The notes under the pieces are model-generated. The model worked only from the letters and a program-made list of their open reading frames with translations. It was not told the origin of the DNA and ran no database searches. From positions 1-34,616 of the forward strand of contig JAMCZG010000036.1 of NCBI GenBank assembly GCA_023485715.1: DNA of 34,616 nt. Direction: 5' to 3'. This stretch comes from Patescibacteria group bacterium (GTDB taxonomy: Bacteria; Patescibacteriota; Microgenomatia; Levybacterales; UBA12049). Shown one piece after another: positions 19,498 through 28,655 of this stretch. Position 1 is the stretch's first letter, and the number at the start of each line of letters is the position of its first letter. The position numbers were made by a program, and so were the translations under genes.

Positions 19498-19836
19498 ATG
19501 AAATACGTTGTGTTTAAAACAGGTGGAAAACAGTATAAGGTATCAGAAAACGATGTTATCGACGTCGAAAGACTGGACCATGATTCTAATGACTTATCTT
19601 TCAGCGAAGTCTTGCTTTACGTCGAAGACGGTAAAGTTAAAATAGGAAAGCCTTTTATCCCGGGATTTTCCGTAAAGGCAGAAGTTGTTAAGGACCTAAA
19701 GGGAGACAAAATAAGGGTTTCGAAATTTAAATCAAAAGTTAGGTACAGAAGGGTGACCGGTCACAGACAATCACTAACAAAAGTTTTGATTAAGAAAATA
19801 GGTTTGTCTAAAGAAGAATCAAAATCAAAAAAATAA
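19498..19836 (+). CDS. rplU: 50S ribosomal protein L21
   Basis: KTGGKQYKV, GHRQ. Confidence 0.97.
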   Translation: MKYVVFKTGGKQYKVSENDVIDVERLDHDSNDLSFSEVLLYVEDGKVKIGKPFIPGFSVKAEVVKDLKGDKIRVSKFKSKVRYRRVTGHRQSLTKVLIKKIGLSKEESKSKK

Positions 19837-19916
19837 ATTGACCTATTTTGATGTCTTGATTTTGTGTGAAAAAAAACTATATTATAGATATTATTTTCAC
19901 AAACAAATAAAAATTT

Positions 19917-20168
19917 ATGGCACATACCAAATCACAAGGAGCAGTTAAGGGAAACAGAGATTCTTTAGCAAAACGCTTAGGCGTAAAGATTTATGGTGGT
20001 CAAAAGGCAATCCCCGGGAATATAATCGTAAGACAAAAAGGTACCAAATTTTTTCCCGGGATCGGTGTTTCGATGGGTAAGGACTTTACGCTATACGCAG
20101 TGTCAGAGGGAGTTGTTAATTTTAAGGACTCACGGGGTAAAAAATTTGTCGAAGTAAGAAATGGATAA
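19917..20168 (+). CDS. rpmA: 50S ribosomal protein L27 (short N-terminus)
   Basis: [33 protein letters not shown]. Confidence 0.97.
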   Translation: MAHTKSQGAVKGNRDSLAKRLGVKIYGGQKAIPGNIIVRQKGTKFFPGIGVSMGKDFTLYAVSEGVVNFKDSRGKKFVEVRNG

Positions 20169-20982
20169 CAATAACGGAAAGTTAACAGAATTAGATATAA
20201 ACATGCTTCAGGCTAATCCTCTTCAGCCGCGTGGTCTTATTTCTCCAGAATCGCTTACGGATTTAGTCGAATCGATAAGAGAACAGGGGATTTTAGAGCC
20301 GTTAGTTGTCGCAAAAACTCCGGCGGGTTATCAACTAATCGCAGGTGAGCGAAGGTTAAAAGCGGCTAAAATTTTAGGATTGGCAAAAGTCCCGGTCGTC
20401 ATTAAAGAAACAACTCCACAAGGGATGCTTGAAATGTCGATTGTAGAAAATGTTCAGAGAGAAGATTTAAATCCGATCGAAAAAGCTCAGGCGTACAAAC
20501 GGTTGATCGATGAGTTTGGTCTTGGTACAAACGAAGTAGCAAAAAGAGTCGGGAAAAGCGCGCCGGCCGTATCTAACACAATCAGACTTTTGTCTTTGCC
20601 GGATGCGATAAAAGATGCGTTGGTTGCGGGAGTTATAACAGAAGGCCATGTAAGACCGCTTATATCTTTAGAGGATCCAAAATTAATGCTCGAGCTTTTT
20701 AAGAAAATCTTGCGGGAAAATAGTACGGTTAGACAAACAGAGGAAATGGCGAGACAGGCAAAATCAGAAATAGAGAAAAAAGAGCCGCGGGCAAAGCAAG
20801 ATAGGCTTTGGGTCCCCGAGCAAGACGCGATGGCAGACGAAATTCAAAAAAAACACGGACTGGATAAGGTGAATATTTATCAATCCAGGTCGTTGGCAAG
20901 GGTTGTTTTAATAATAAAAGGAGATGTAGAAACGACGACGCCTAAAATTAAAGAAATCCACAAAATTCTTTCTGGAGTATAA
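20161..20982 (+). CDS. parB: ParB/Spo0J chromosome partition protein
   Basis: [31 protein letters not shown] ([19 protein letters not shown]). Confidence 0.93.
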   Translation: MDNNNGKLTELDINMLQANPLQPRGLISPESLTDLVESIREQGILEPLVVAKTPAGYQLIAGERRLKAAKILGLAKVPVVIKETTPQGMLEMSIVENVQREDLNPIEKAQAYKRLIDEFGLGTNEVAKRVGKSAPAVSNTIRLLSLPDAIKDALVAGVITEGHVRPLISLEDPKLMLELFKKILRENSTVRQTEEMARQAKSEIEKKEPRAKQDRLWVPEQDAMADEIQKKHGLDKVNIYQSRSLARVVLIIKGDVETTTPKIKEIHKILSGV

Positions 20983-20987
20983 TAAAA

Positions 20988-21551
20988 TCAATTTCCTAAG
21001 GGGTTTGTTATCATTTGTATTTTTTCTACTGGCCAATATATAAACATAGACCTGCCTGTTATCTCGCCTTTCTTAACAAATCCCCACTCGCGGGAGTCGG
21101 AACTGTATGGACGGTTGTCACCCATTACGAAAAAATTGTCATTCGGAACAGTTACTTTTTCTCCGTCTTTTAGAAAAGACTGACCGTATGTTTTAACATT
21201 GCTTTTTAAAAAAGAGCTCTGATCAAAAAGCTGGTCGTTTATGTATACTTCCCCGTTTTTAAGGGATATCGTGTCTCCCGGAAGTCCGATCACTCTTTTG
21301 ATGAATTCTTTTTCGTGGTCAACTGGAGCCTTAAATACGATCACGTCACCTCTTTTTGGATCCTCAAAGCGCATCGCGATTAAATTTGTTATAACATATT
21401 CTTTATCTTCAAAATTTGGAAACATCGAGCTGCCGTTTACTTGAAATGGTCTAAAAAACCAAATGTACATAACCAAAAAGAAAGAAGCAACGATTAAAAT
21501 CGTTTGGAAAGTATCGACAAAAAATGAGTATATTTTTCGCAGAATAAACAT
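20988..21551 (-). CDS. lepB: Signal peptidase I
   Basis: GSSMFP, RGDVIVF, FIKRVIGLPGD, MGDNRPYSSDSREWG. Confidence 0.95.
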   Translation of the reverse strand: MFILRKIYSFFVDTFQTILIVASFFLVMYIWFFRPFQVNGSSMFPNFEDKEYVITNLIAMRFEDPKRGDVIVFKAPVDHEKEFIKRVIGLPGDTISLKNGEVYINDQLFDQSSFLKSNVKTYGQSFLKDGEKVTVPNDNFFVMGDNRPYSSDSREWGFVKKGEITGRSMFIYWPVEKIQMITNPLGN

Positions 21552-21558
21552 GATTTAT

Positions 21559-21609
21559 ATTCTGACAGAACAGAAATAATTTTGCAACGACGCAATTTTA
21601 TGGTAAGAT
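21559..21609. promoter_or_regulatory. Divergent promoters (lepB and tRNA) sharing a palindromic TTGCAA -35
   Basis: TTGCAA 21582-21587. Minus strand: 17 nt to TGnCAGAAT, then 7 nt to the lepB ATG. Plus strand: 16 nt to TGnTAAGAT. Confidence 0.45.
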
Positions 21610-21622
21610 TATCATTAAATTT

Positions 21623-21694
21623 GGACACTTAGCTCAGTGGTAGAGCGCTTCGTTCACATCGAAGAAGTCGTAGGTCCGAATCCTACAGTGTCCA
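21623..21694 (+). tRNA. tRNA-Val (anticodon CAC), CCA not encoded
   Basis: Acceptor GGACACT/AGTGTCC, D arm GCTC/GAGC, anticodon stem CTTCG/CGAAG with loop TTCACAT, T stem GTAGG/CCTAC with loop TCCGAAT. Confidence 0.95.
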
Positions 21695-21814
21695 CAACAA
21701 TTTTTTATAAAACAGTACTTCCCGCGTGTTTGGCAGTCTAAATATTCAATTGATAATCAAGAAAGTTCAAAATAAAAGGAATACTGGGGATGTTTAAGAT
21801 TATTGCGACTATGA

Positions 21815-23989
21815 TTAATTATTTTTAAGATATTTTATATCGTAGTCCAATATTTGATAAGCCTCCTCTTTTATTATTATTCCTCTTAATGAATTGATTA
21901 GAAATTCGAATGCATTCAGTCTCAACAAAGCAGTTTTTTTCCGTTTTGTGAAATCTTTCTCTGCGTTTTTTATTAGATTAATAAGGTTTTTTGATATCGC
22001 ATTGTTTAGGATTAAATTTAATTTTCTTAGACGATTTACGTCGTTTATTGTGCTTTGAAAAGTTACGATTTTTTTAATACTTGAATTACTAGAATCATTT
22101 TTATCTAAATTAATATTAATAATATCCTGGCCGGCTGGGTCTAGAATTCCTTTCTGGTTTTTTATATTCACATTCCCTTCCTGGTCGTAAAGATATATTT
22201 TAAGTTCGTATATTTTTAAATTCTCTGCCGTTAAATAAACTTGATAATCTCCGCCGTCTGGTTTTTGAACATATAAGATTTCTAAAGGCTTACCGCTTGT
22301 CTTCGAGTTGTCGGAATCATTAACCAACGGTTGTTGGGTAAATTGAACTCCCAAAGGATTATTAGAAGAATCTTTGAACGATATTTTTAAACTACCTTCT
22401 GAAGTTAGCATAATGTAAGAAAGATCACTGTCCGATGGTATATATCTGTTTAACGTTAGAAAAGTATTAGAATAATCTTCAAGCGTCAGACGATCGTAAT
22501 ATGGATCGTTAATATTAAAGGTATTTTCTTTGATTCCTTTTCCGACTATAAAGTGACCAGGAACTTCTAAAATGTCGGGCTGATTATTTTTAATGTCATT
22601 TGTCAATTGATTTTTGTCATCGCCCCAAATTTTAGAAAATTCCAGAGCACCATATTTAAAATCCGGGTTGTGGGTCTTTGCCAGTTTTGAAAGCCTTGAT
22701 ATCGCAATCCAATTAGTTAATCCGTCCCCCACGTAACCATCCGGCTGATTATTTAGCCAAGTGTTTAACGATCCCGGATTAATATCTGTGTTGTCAGGTA
22801 ATTTATTTATTCCGTAATATTTTAGTATCATCACAGCAGATGTCATTGCACATCCCCAGTCTCTGATAGTAGGACTTAGCGGACTCCATCTATTTGCAGA
22901 ATCATAAATTTGTGACTGCCATGGATCAGACGTTTGTTTTATCAAAGGAACATTTAAATCAATTTCGGACGATTTAATTCCTACATAGTTAGAATTTATT
23001 ACGGGGTTACTTTCTGTTTGTCCACCTATTGCATATAGGTTGCCATCCCCTGCTAAAGCAAGTCCCAAAGCATATGTAGCGACGGGCAAGGGAGTTTTCG
23101 TTGTCCAGGTATCAGTTGTTGGATTATATTCTTCAACGACGTTTGTATAGCCGCTAATTCCAGCCCCGTTATCTGCATATCCTCCAGCAACCACAATGTT
23201 CCCTTCTGAATTTAAAGAAACGCCCATGTCACTTCGTGCTGTGGGCATGGGATTTTTTGTTATCCAGGTATTGGTTATTGGATTATATTCTTCAACGATA
23301 TTAAAGTAATGAGCTTGGTCATTGTCGCCACCAATTGCGTAAATCATTCCGTTTGGCGCTGCCACCAGGCCCAGATTGGACCTTGGAGTTGGAATTGTAT
23401 TTTTCGTAGTCCATAGATTCGTTATTGGGTCGTATTCTTCGACTGCATCAACGAGGCCAGCATCATTTTTGCCGCCTACGGCATACAATTTCCCATTTGA
23501 TCCTACAACAAGGCGCAACCCAAAACGCTTAGAGGGCATAGGAGTCTTAGCAGTCCAGGTGTCAGAAGTGGGATTATATTCATATACATCATTAAAAACT
23601 CCCTCGTTATATCCCCCAGTAAAATAGAAATTATTGTTTGTTGGATTAAAAGTAAATCCCATCGAGTTTCTTAGAACAGGAGCCTGAGATTTTATCATCC
23701 AGGTATCATTTTTAGGGTCATACATCTCAACAACATTCAAAAGCCATCGGTATCCATATCCACCATATCCTCCCACAGCATAAATATTTCCATCCGCATC
23801 GGTAGCGATGCCGAAATCGCGACGGGGTGTTGGCATTGGTGCTTTTGCTGTCCAACAAGGATCTTGATTCAAGCAGGTGTCTGCAATAGCTGTTGGCGAA
23901 ATAAAAAGAAAAATGCTTAAAACGGAGAAGCAGAATAATAACAATAGTAATTTGTGTAAATTTTTTAAATTACCCGTTACTGTATTCAC
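21815..23989 (-). CDS. Secreted Kelch beta-propeller + C39-like cysteine peptidase protein
   Basis: Signal peptide; six repeats of (IYAxGG...VEEYxPxTxxWxxKxPMP); KQTSDPW...WGCAMTS, PGHFIV and INDPYY give a Q/C/H/D set. Confidence 0.85.
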   Translation of the reverse strand: MNTVTGNLKNLHKLLLLLFCFSVLSIFLFISPTAIADTCLNQDPCWTAKAPMPTPRRDFGIATDADGNIYAVGGYGGYGYRWLLNVVEMYDPKNDTWMIKSQAPVLRNSMGFTFNPTNNNFYFTGGYNEGVFNDVYEYNPTSDTWTAKTPMPSKRFGLRLVVGSNGKLYAVGGKNDAGLVDAVEEYDPITNLWTTKNTIPTPRSNLGLVAAPNGMIYAIGGDNDQAHYFNIVEEYNPITNTWITKNPMPTARSDMGVSLNSEGNIVVAGGYADNGAGISGYTNVVEEYNPTTDTWTTKTPLPVATYALGLALAGDGNLYAIGGQTESNPVINSNYVGIKSSEIDLNVPLIKQTSDPWQSQIYDSANRWSPLSPTIRDWGCAMTSAVMILKYYGINKLPDNTDINPGSLNTWLNNQPDGYVGDGLTNWIAISRLSKLAKTHNPDFKYGALEFSKIWGDDKNQLTNDIKNNQPDILEVPGHFIVGKGIKENTFNINDPYYDRLTLEDYSNTFLTLNRYIPSDSDLSYIMLTSEGSLKISFKDSSNNPLGVQFTQQPLVNDSDNSKTSGKPLEILYVQKPDGGDYQVYLTAENLKIYELKIYLYDQEGNVNIKNQKGILDPAGQDIININLDKNDSSNSSIKKIVTFQSTINDVNRLRKLNLILNNAISKNLINLIKNAEKDFTKRKKTALLRLNAFEFLINSLRGIIIKEEAYQILDYDIKYLKNN

Positions 23990-24069
23990 GCTCTAATTAA
24001 TTAATAGTACTATATAAAATATTTGTCAAGATGTTTGTTTATTAATGATATAATGTTGATCGACATTTT

Positions 24070-25143
24070 ATGACAATCCTATTTTTCTCCAGATTATTTT
24101 ATCCTCATATCGGCGGAGTAGAAAAACATGTATTAAAAATTAGCGAGATATTAATTAAAAAAGGTCATAAAGTTATTATTATTACCGAGCAACACGATAA
24201 AAGATTAAGTTTTAAACAAGAATATTCCGGTATAAAAATTTACAGGATTCCTTTTAAATTTATTAGTAAAGAGAGCTGGATTAAAAAATTTAATATTTGG
24301 TTTTGGTTTTGGCAGAACAGAGAATTGATTAAGGATGCAGATATAATACATTGCCACGATGTGTTTTTCTGGTACTTGCCATTTAGATTTTTGTACCCTA
24401 GAAAACCTGTTTATACAACATTCCATGGTTACGAAGGGAATGATTTGCCGTCTACAAAGGCGATTTTTATGCATAAAATTGCCGAAAAACTTTCCAGAGG
24501 TAATATTTGTGTTGGGGATTATCTTAAAAAGTGGTATGGAACAAAACCAAACTATGTAACCTACGGCGCGACAGATATTGATAAGATTAGAAATTTAAAA
24601 GTGAATAATAACAGACTAAGAATTAAGAATTTAAAATTTAAAATATTATTTATAGGCAGATTAGAAGAAGAAACTGGGATTAGTATCTATCTCGAAACGT
24701 TAAAAATTTTAAATGAAAAAAAACTGAAATTTAATTTTACTGTGTTCGGGGATGGAAGTTTAAAATGTAAGGCTAAAGAATTTTGTAAAAAAAATAAATT
24801 AGATGTTAAATTTAAAGGCTTTATAGACAATGCAGAAAAATATATTTATAGCTATGATTATGTTTTTACTTCAAGATACTTGGGAATTATAGAGTCCCTT
24901 GCAGCCCGAAAAAATGTTTTTGCTGTATATAATAATAAGATTAAAAATGACTATTTAAAAATGACACCTTTCGCAAAATGGATAGTTATTGAAAAATCTC
25001 CACAAAAGCTATTTAGAGAAATTGAAAATCTAATAACATATGAGATTAAGAGTATTAAAAAAGTGAAAAACGCTTATGATTGGGCAAAAAATGCAACTTG
25101 GAAAAAAGTGGCAGATATTTATTTAGAACTATGGAATTTTTAA
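24070..25143 (+). CDS. Glycosyltransferase family 4
   Basis: FYPHIGGVEKH, DIIHCHD, TFHG, FIGRL, FGDGS, IESLA. Confidence 0.92.
   Translation: MTILFFSRLFYPHIGGVEKHVLKISEILIKKGHKVIIITEQHDKRLSFKQEYSGIKIYRIPFKFISKESWIKKFNIWFWFWQNRELIKDADIIHCHDVFFWYLPFRFLYPRKPVYTTFHGYEGNDLPSTKAIFMHKIAEKLSRGNICVGDYLKKWYGTKPNYVTYGATDIDKIRNLKVNNNRLRIKNLKFKILFIGRLEEETGISIYLETLKILNEKKLKFNFTVFGDGSLKCKAKEFCKKNKLDVKFKGFIDNAEKYIYSYDYVFTSRYLGIIESLAARKNVFAVYNNKIKNDYLKMTPFAKWIVIEKSPQKLFREIENLITYEIKSIKKVKNAYDWAKNATWKKVADIYLELWNF
24617..24644 (+). repeat. 7-mer tandem tract TAAGAAT x2, TTAAAAT x2 in the GT4 linker
   Basis: Read directly; encodes LRIKNLKFKI. Confidence 0.6.
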
Positions 25144-25188
25144 TTTCTTCTTTACAGTAAAAATCCTATCTGGTAGAATTTTGTTTTA

Positions 25189-25983
25189 ATGAAATTATCG
25201 CCCTCAGAAAAGTATTTTAGACGATTTCTTAGAATTTCTCCGCTTAGTGTTGCTGCTTGGAGGACTGTCGAAGCGAAATATTTATCCAGAGTCAAGTTTA
25301 AAAAGCCAATTCTTGATCTAGGATGTGGGTTTGGAGAGTTTGCTCAAGCGTTTGTAGAAGATCAAATTGATCTTGGAGTCGACATTAAAGCAAAAGATTT
25401 ATTCGCTGCGGCTAAGACCAAAAAATACAAGAGCTTGCTTTTTGCTGATGCTAGAAATCTGCCTTTTCCAGACAATACTTTTTCTACAATTATTTCGATA
25501 AGCACGTTTGAGCATATCAAAAACACAAAAAAGCTTTTAAAAGAGTGTTATAGAGTATTAAAACCAGACGGTTTATTAATCGCGACGATCGAGACAGATC
25601 TAGTCGACGAAAACAGTTTTTATAGACCCTTCTTAAAAAGAATCGGGCTTAATAATATCAGTAATTTTCTAACAAAAAGTTATAATAACTTTTTCTTCAG
25701 ATATATTTTATTGAGTAGTGAAAAATGGATAAATTATCTAAAGGAACATGGATTCGAGATTAAGCAATTTGAAAACATTATTAGTCCAAGAGTAGTTAAG
25801 ATATATGATATTTTTATAATAACTTCTTGGCCTTCACAAATATTTAAAGCATTTTTTGGAAGAAGAATTGTATATCGTCCAAAAGTTGCCGAAGACATCC
25901 TTGTAAGGCTTTTTATGAAATATATTGATGAAGAAAAAGAAGGAACAAACCTTTTTGTGGTTGCCAGAAAACCACGAAAATAA
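25189..25983 (+). CDS. Class I SAM-dependent methyltransferase (paralog A)
   Basis: ILDLGCGFGEF, DARNLPF, STFEHI, RVLKPDG. Promoter TTTACA-17nt-TAGAAT at 25151-25179. Confidence 0.92.
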   Translation: MKLSPSEKYFRRFLRISPLSVAAWRTVEAKYLSRVKFKKPILDLGCGFGEFAQAFVEDQIDLGVDIKAKDLFAAAKTKKYKSLLFADARNLPFPDNTFSTIISISTFEHIKNTKKLLKECYRVLKPDGLLIATIETDLVDENSFYRPFLKRIGLNNISNFLTKSYNNFFFRYILLSSEKWINYLKEHGFEIKQFENIISPRVVKIYDIFIITSWPSQIFKAFFGRRIVYRPKVAEDILVRLFMKYIDEEKEGTNLFVVARKPRK

Positions 25984-25984
25984 T

Positions 25985-26806
25985 TTATTCAGACCACTTT
26001 CTTCCTTCATCGAGCGTTGATCTAATAAATTTTCCGATTAATATAAGACCGCGATGCACGTTTCCCTTACTTAATATAAATAAATTTAACGGGTTTGCTT
26101 CGACTGTTACAGATCCTTTCCAATTGTTTTTATTTAACCAGAGCAATTGTTCTTCGGTTACAGAATGTTTGTGTAAAAAAATGTCACTTATTCCCTTCCG
26201 TCCGATTAAGGTAAGTTGTATGTTCTTAATTTTTTTTAAACCAAGCCACTTCCAAAATTCTTTCCAGTTTTTAAATCCATTTTGTTTTGCCCAAATTAAG
26301 GATTGATCGTCTCGGGTATCTATAGCAATATTATTTCCTGATAATTCCAGCCAAGTTTTAATAGCGGAAGGTTTTAGTGAATTATTAAAAATTTCGTAAT
26401 TATACCTAGTCTGGTTTATATTTTTAAACTCTAATGTCCAAGTTTCTGAAATATCGTGGATTGTCAGCGGAACATTTAATCGTTTAGATAATATTGCTAT
26501 GGTTTCATTTGAATCAGAAATACTAGGAAAAAAAACATATCTTAGAAGTCTGTAAAAAAAACTCGTAAATATACTTATTCGGTATTCTGCATCTAGTCCA
26601 TTATCAAGTCGCCAGCTTTGATGGATACCTTTTATCAGGAGTAATTCTTTGCCTATTTTTTGTTCTTTTTTTACTTCTTGGGTGATTTTTCTTGTTGGTA
26701 AAATTTCCAGTCCATCGTAATTAATGCGTTTTATTAGTAGGATACTTTTTTTGAGTCCGAGCCACGGGAAACTTCCCAGGGAAAGAAGAATTTCGTGATA
26801 AATCAT
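25985..26806 (-). CDS. Hypothetical protein, possibly degenerate xylose isomerase-like/AP endonuclease 2 TIM barrel
   Basis: 273-aa ORF co-oriented with the upstream membrane gene; YDGLEILP and WKGSVTVE resemble the first and last strands of that fold. Confidence 0.6.
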   Translation of the reverse strand: MIYHEILLSLGSFPWLGLKKSILLIKRINYDGLEILPTRKITQEVKKEQKIGKELLLIKGIHQSWRLDNGLDAEYRISIFTSFFYRLLRYVFFPSISDSNETIAILSKRLNVPLTIHDISETWTLEFKNINQTRYNYEIFNNSLKPSAIKTWLELSGNNIAIDTRDDQSLIWAKQNGFKNWKEFWKWLGLKKIKNIQLTLIGRKGISDIFLHKHSVTEEQLLWLNKNNWKGSVTVEANPLNLFILSKGNVHRGLILIGKFIRSTLDEGRKWSE

Positions 26807-26812
26807 AAGGAT

Positions 26813-28564
26813 TTATTTAAAAAAAACTTTTCGAACATAATATAGTAGAATTAGAAATAATAAACCTAAAAAACTTGCAGCGCTGATTATTTTTGACAAT
26901 TTGTATAGTGGTATATCCTCATAAATAATTTCTATATATTGTATGCCCTGAGGAAGTTCTGCATTGATAACGCCCTTTTTATCTGGATATATGTTGATGT
27001 ATCTGTTATTGCTTTTTAAAGACCAGCCCGGAAAGTATAATGTATTTTCCCTAATCGTAATTGGTGTTTCTGCATCTATGACATATAAATGTTTAATAGA
27101 ATCTTTCTTAATTACTTTAATGTTTGCTTCTCCATTAATTACTTGTAAAGGCATAGTGGGCTTTTCTGGAAACCAATAAGAAGCTGTTTCTGTCCATTTA
27201 GAATTCATAAAATATGGCGTTATTTGAATGCTCTTCCATACATTACTTCTAAGGACGGAGTCGTCGATTTCTGGTATTACTCTTCTATGCCCCCAATTCA
27301 AAACTGTATAGCCGATTGTAATAATTATAAGAAGATATAGGAATTTTCTTTTAGTTTTATAATCCAAAAAAGTGATCGTAAAATATGCAGCTACAACCGA
27401 AATACAAAAACTTATTGCTAATGATAAGCGTCCACATGGCATTAAAAGAGCGCCCACATTTAAAATATGATTCCATAAAAATCCTGAAATAGGATGCATA
27501 AGAAATATAAAAGAAAAACATAAAAATACCCAAAAAAAATATTGCATGAATATTTTTTTGGGTATTTTTTTTAGAACCAACATTATTACAGAGGTTATTA
27601 ATATAAAAATTTGTGTATACCCGATTATTAACGCAAGCTCTCCTTTGGGTCCCTGAAATAAAAATCCGTATCTCCAGGGAGAATAAAAAATTTGAAGGAA
27701 ATTATAAAATTCTACAACATATCCAACTGGTAGTTTAGAAGTATAGGGCGCATATATAAAGTATGAAATCCATGTATATATCGATGCCATAAACCCAAGT
27801 ATCAATGAAGATATAATGAGTAATACCGATTTTCTGCTGTATTTTTTAATGTTGCTTAAGTAAAGAATATACAAAATGGCAATTCCCGAAAATATAGGAG
27901 CCAAAAGAGGATGTGCCAAGAAAAGTAAATCGGTAAATAGAACTACAAAAACTAATGAAATAAACCTTTTTTCCATAAAATATTTGGTAATGAAAAAAAA
28001 TACCAACGGTGTGACTGTAAAAATTAAAGCTTCGCCAGGAGTCGCCCTGAAATGGATGTCAATCAAATGATATGGGGCAAAAAGATAAAATATTCCAGCG
28101 GTAAACGCAGCCAGCTTGTTGTTGGTAATTTTTTTAATCCAGAGATACATGAACATTCCAGAGAGAACAAAGCTTAATCCAAGATAAATTTTCATACTTG
28201 TAATGAAATTAAATCCGATCCAATGAAAAAACGAGACTAAATAATAAGGGAGCGGATAATTAAATACAAATAGGGGAACGCCGTATGTTGCGTTGATCTC
28301 GGACGCCCAGGAAGGCATAAGAATTCCTTCTTTTAGCGAATCGTAAAAAGACATAATTCTGTACATATGAATATTGAAATCCCCGCTTTCATAATCGCCT
28401 GGCCTTAAAAGACTTGTTAACGGTAAAAATGATATAAGAATTAGTAAAAAGAAGAGATTGATCTTTTTTTTAGGGTAAACAAATTTATAAAAAATGATTC
28501 CAGACAATAAAATTGAAGATGATACAAGATTTATAAAAACCATTCTTATGGGCTCATTAAACAT
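26813..28564 (-). CDS. Multi-TM membrane protein, GT-C fold (PTPS-related/YfhO-like)
   Basis: GDFNIH...PSW...YGVPLFVFNYPLPYY, AGIFYLFAPYHLID, C-terminal YFPGW. ATG 28564 lies 7 nt after a TATAAT (28577-28572). Confidence 0.8.
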   Translation of the reverse strand: MFNEPIRMVFINLVSSSILLSGIIFYKFVYPKKKINLFFLLILISFLPLTSLLRPGDYESGDFNIHMYRIMSFYDSLKEGILMPSWASEINATYGVPLFVFNYPLPYYLVSFFHWIGFNFITSMKIYLGLSFVLSGMFMYLWIKKITNNKLAAFTAGIFYLFAPYHLIDIHFRATPGEALIFTVTPLVFFFITKYFMEKRFISLVFVVLFTDLLFLAHPLLAPIFSGIAILYILYLSNIKKYSRKSVLLIISSLILGFMASIYTWISYFIYAPYTSKLPVGYVVEFYNFLQIFYSPWRYGFLFQGPKGELALIIGYTQIFILITSVIMLVLKKIPKKIFMQYFFWVFLCFSFIFLMHPISGFLWNHILNVGALLMPCGRLSLAISFCISVVAAYFTITFLDYKTKRKFLYLLIIITIGYTVLNWGHRRVIPEIDDSVLRSNVWKSIQITPYFMNSKWTETASYWFPEKPTMPLQVINGEANIKVIKKDSIKHLYVIDAETPITIRENTLYFPGWSLKSNNRYINIYPDKKGVINAELPQGIQYIEIIYEDIPLYKLSKIISAASFLGLLFLILLYYVRKVFFK

Positions 28565-28655
28565 TATCAAAATTATACTTTATTTCAAGAAAAAACGTAA
28601 TTCAGCAGAAATTGAGCACGTTATTCTTTTATGATACACTTACGAAGTAAATATT

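Noticed and set aside
23040-23860. CRISPR array or DGR-like repeats
   Set aside because: The repeats are in-frame Kelch blades; there are no constant repeats with unique spacers, cas genes or reverse transcriptase.
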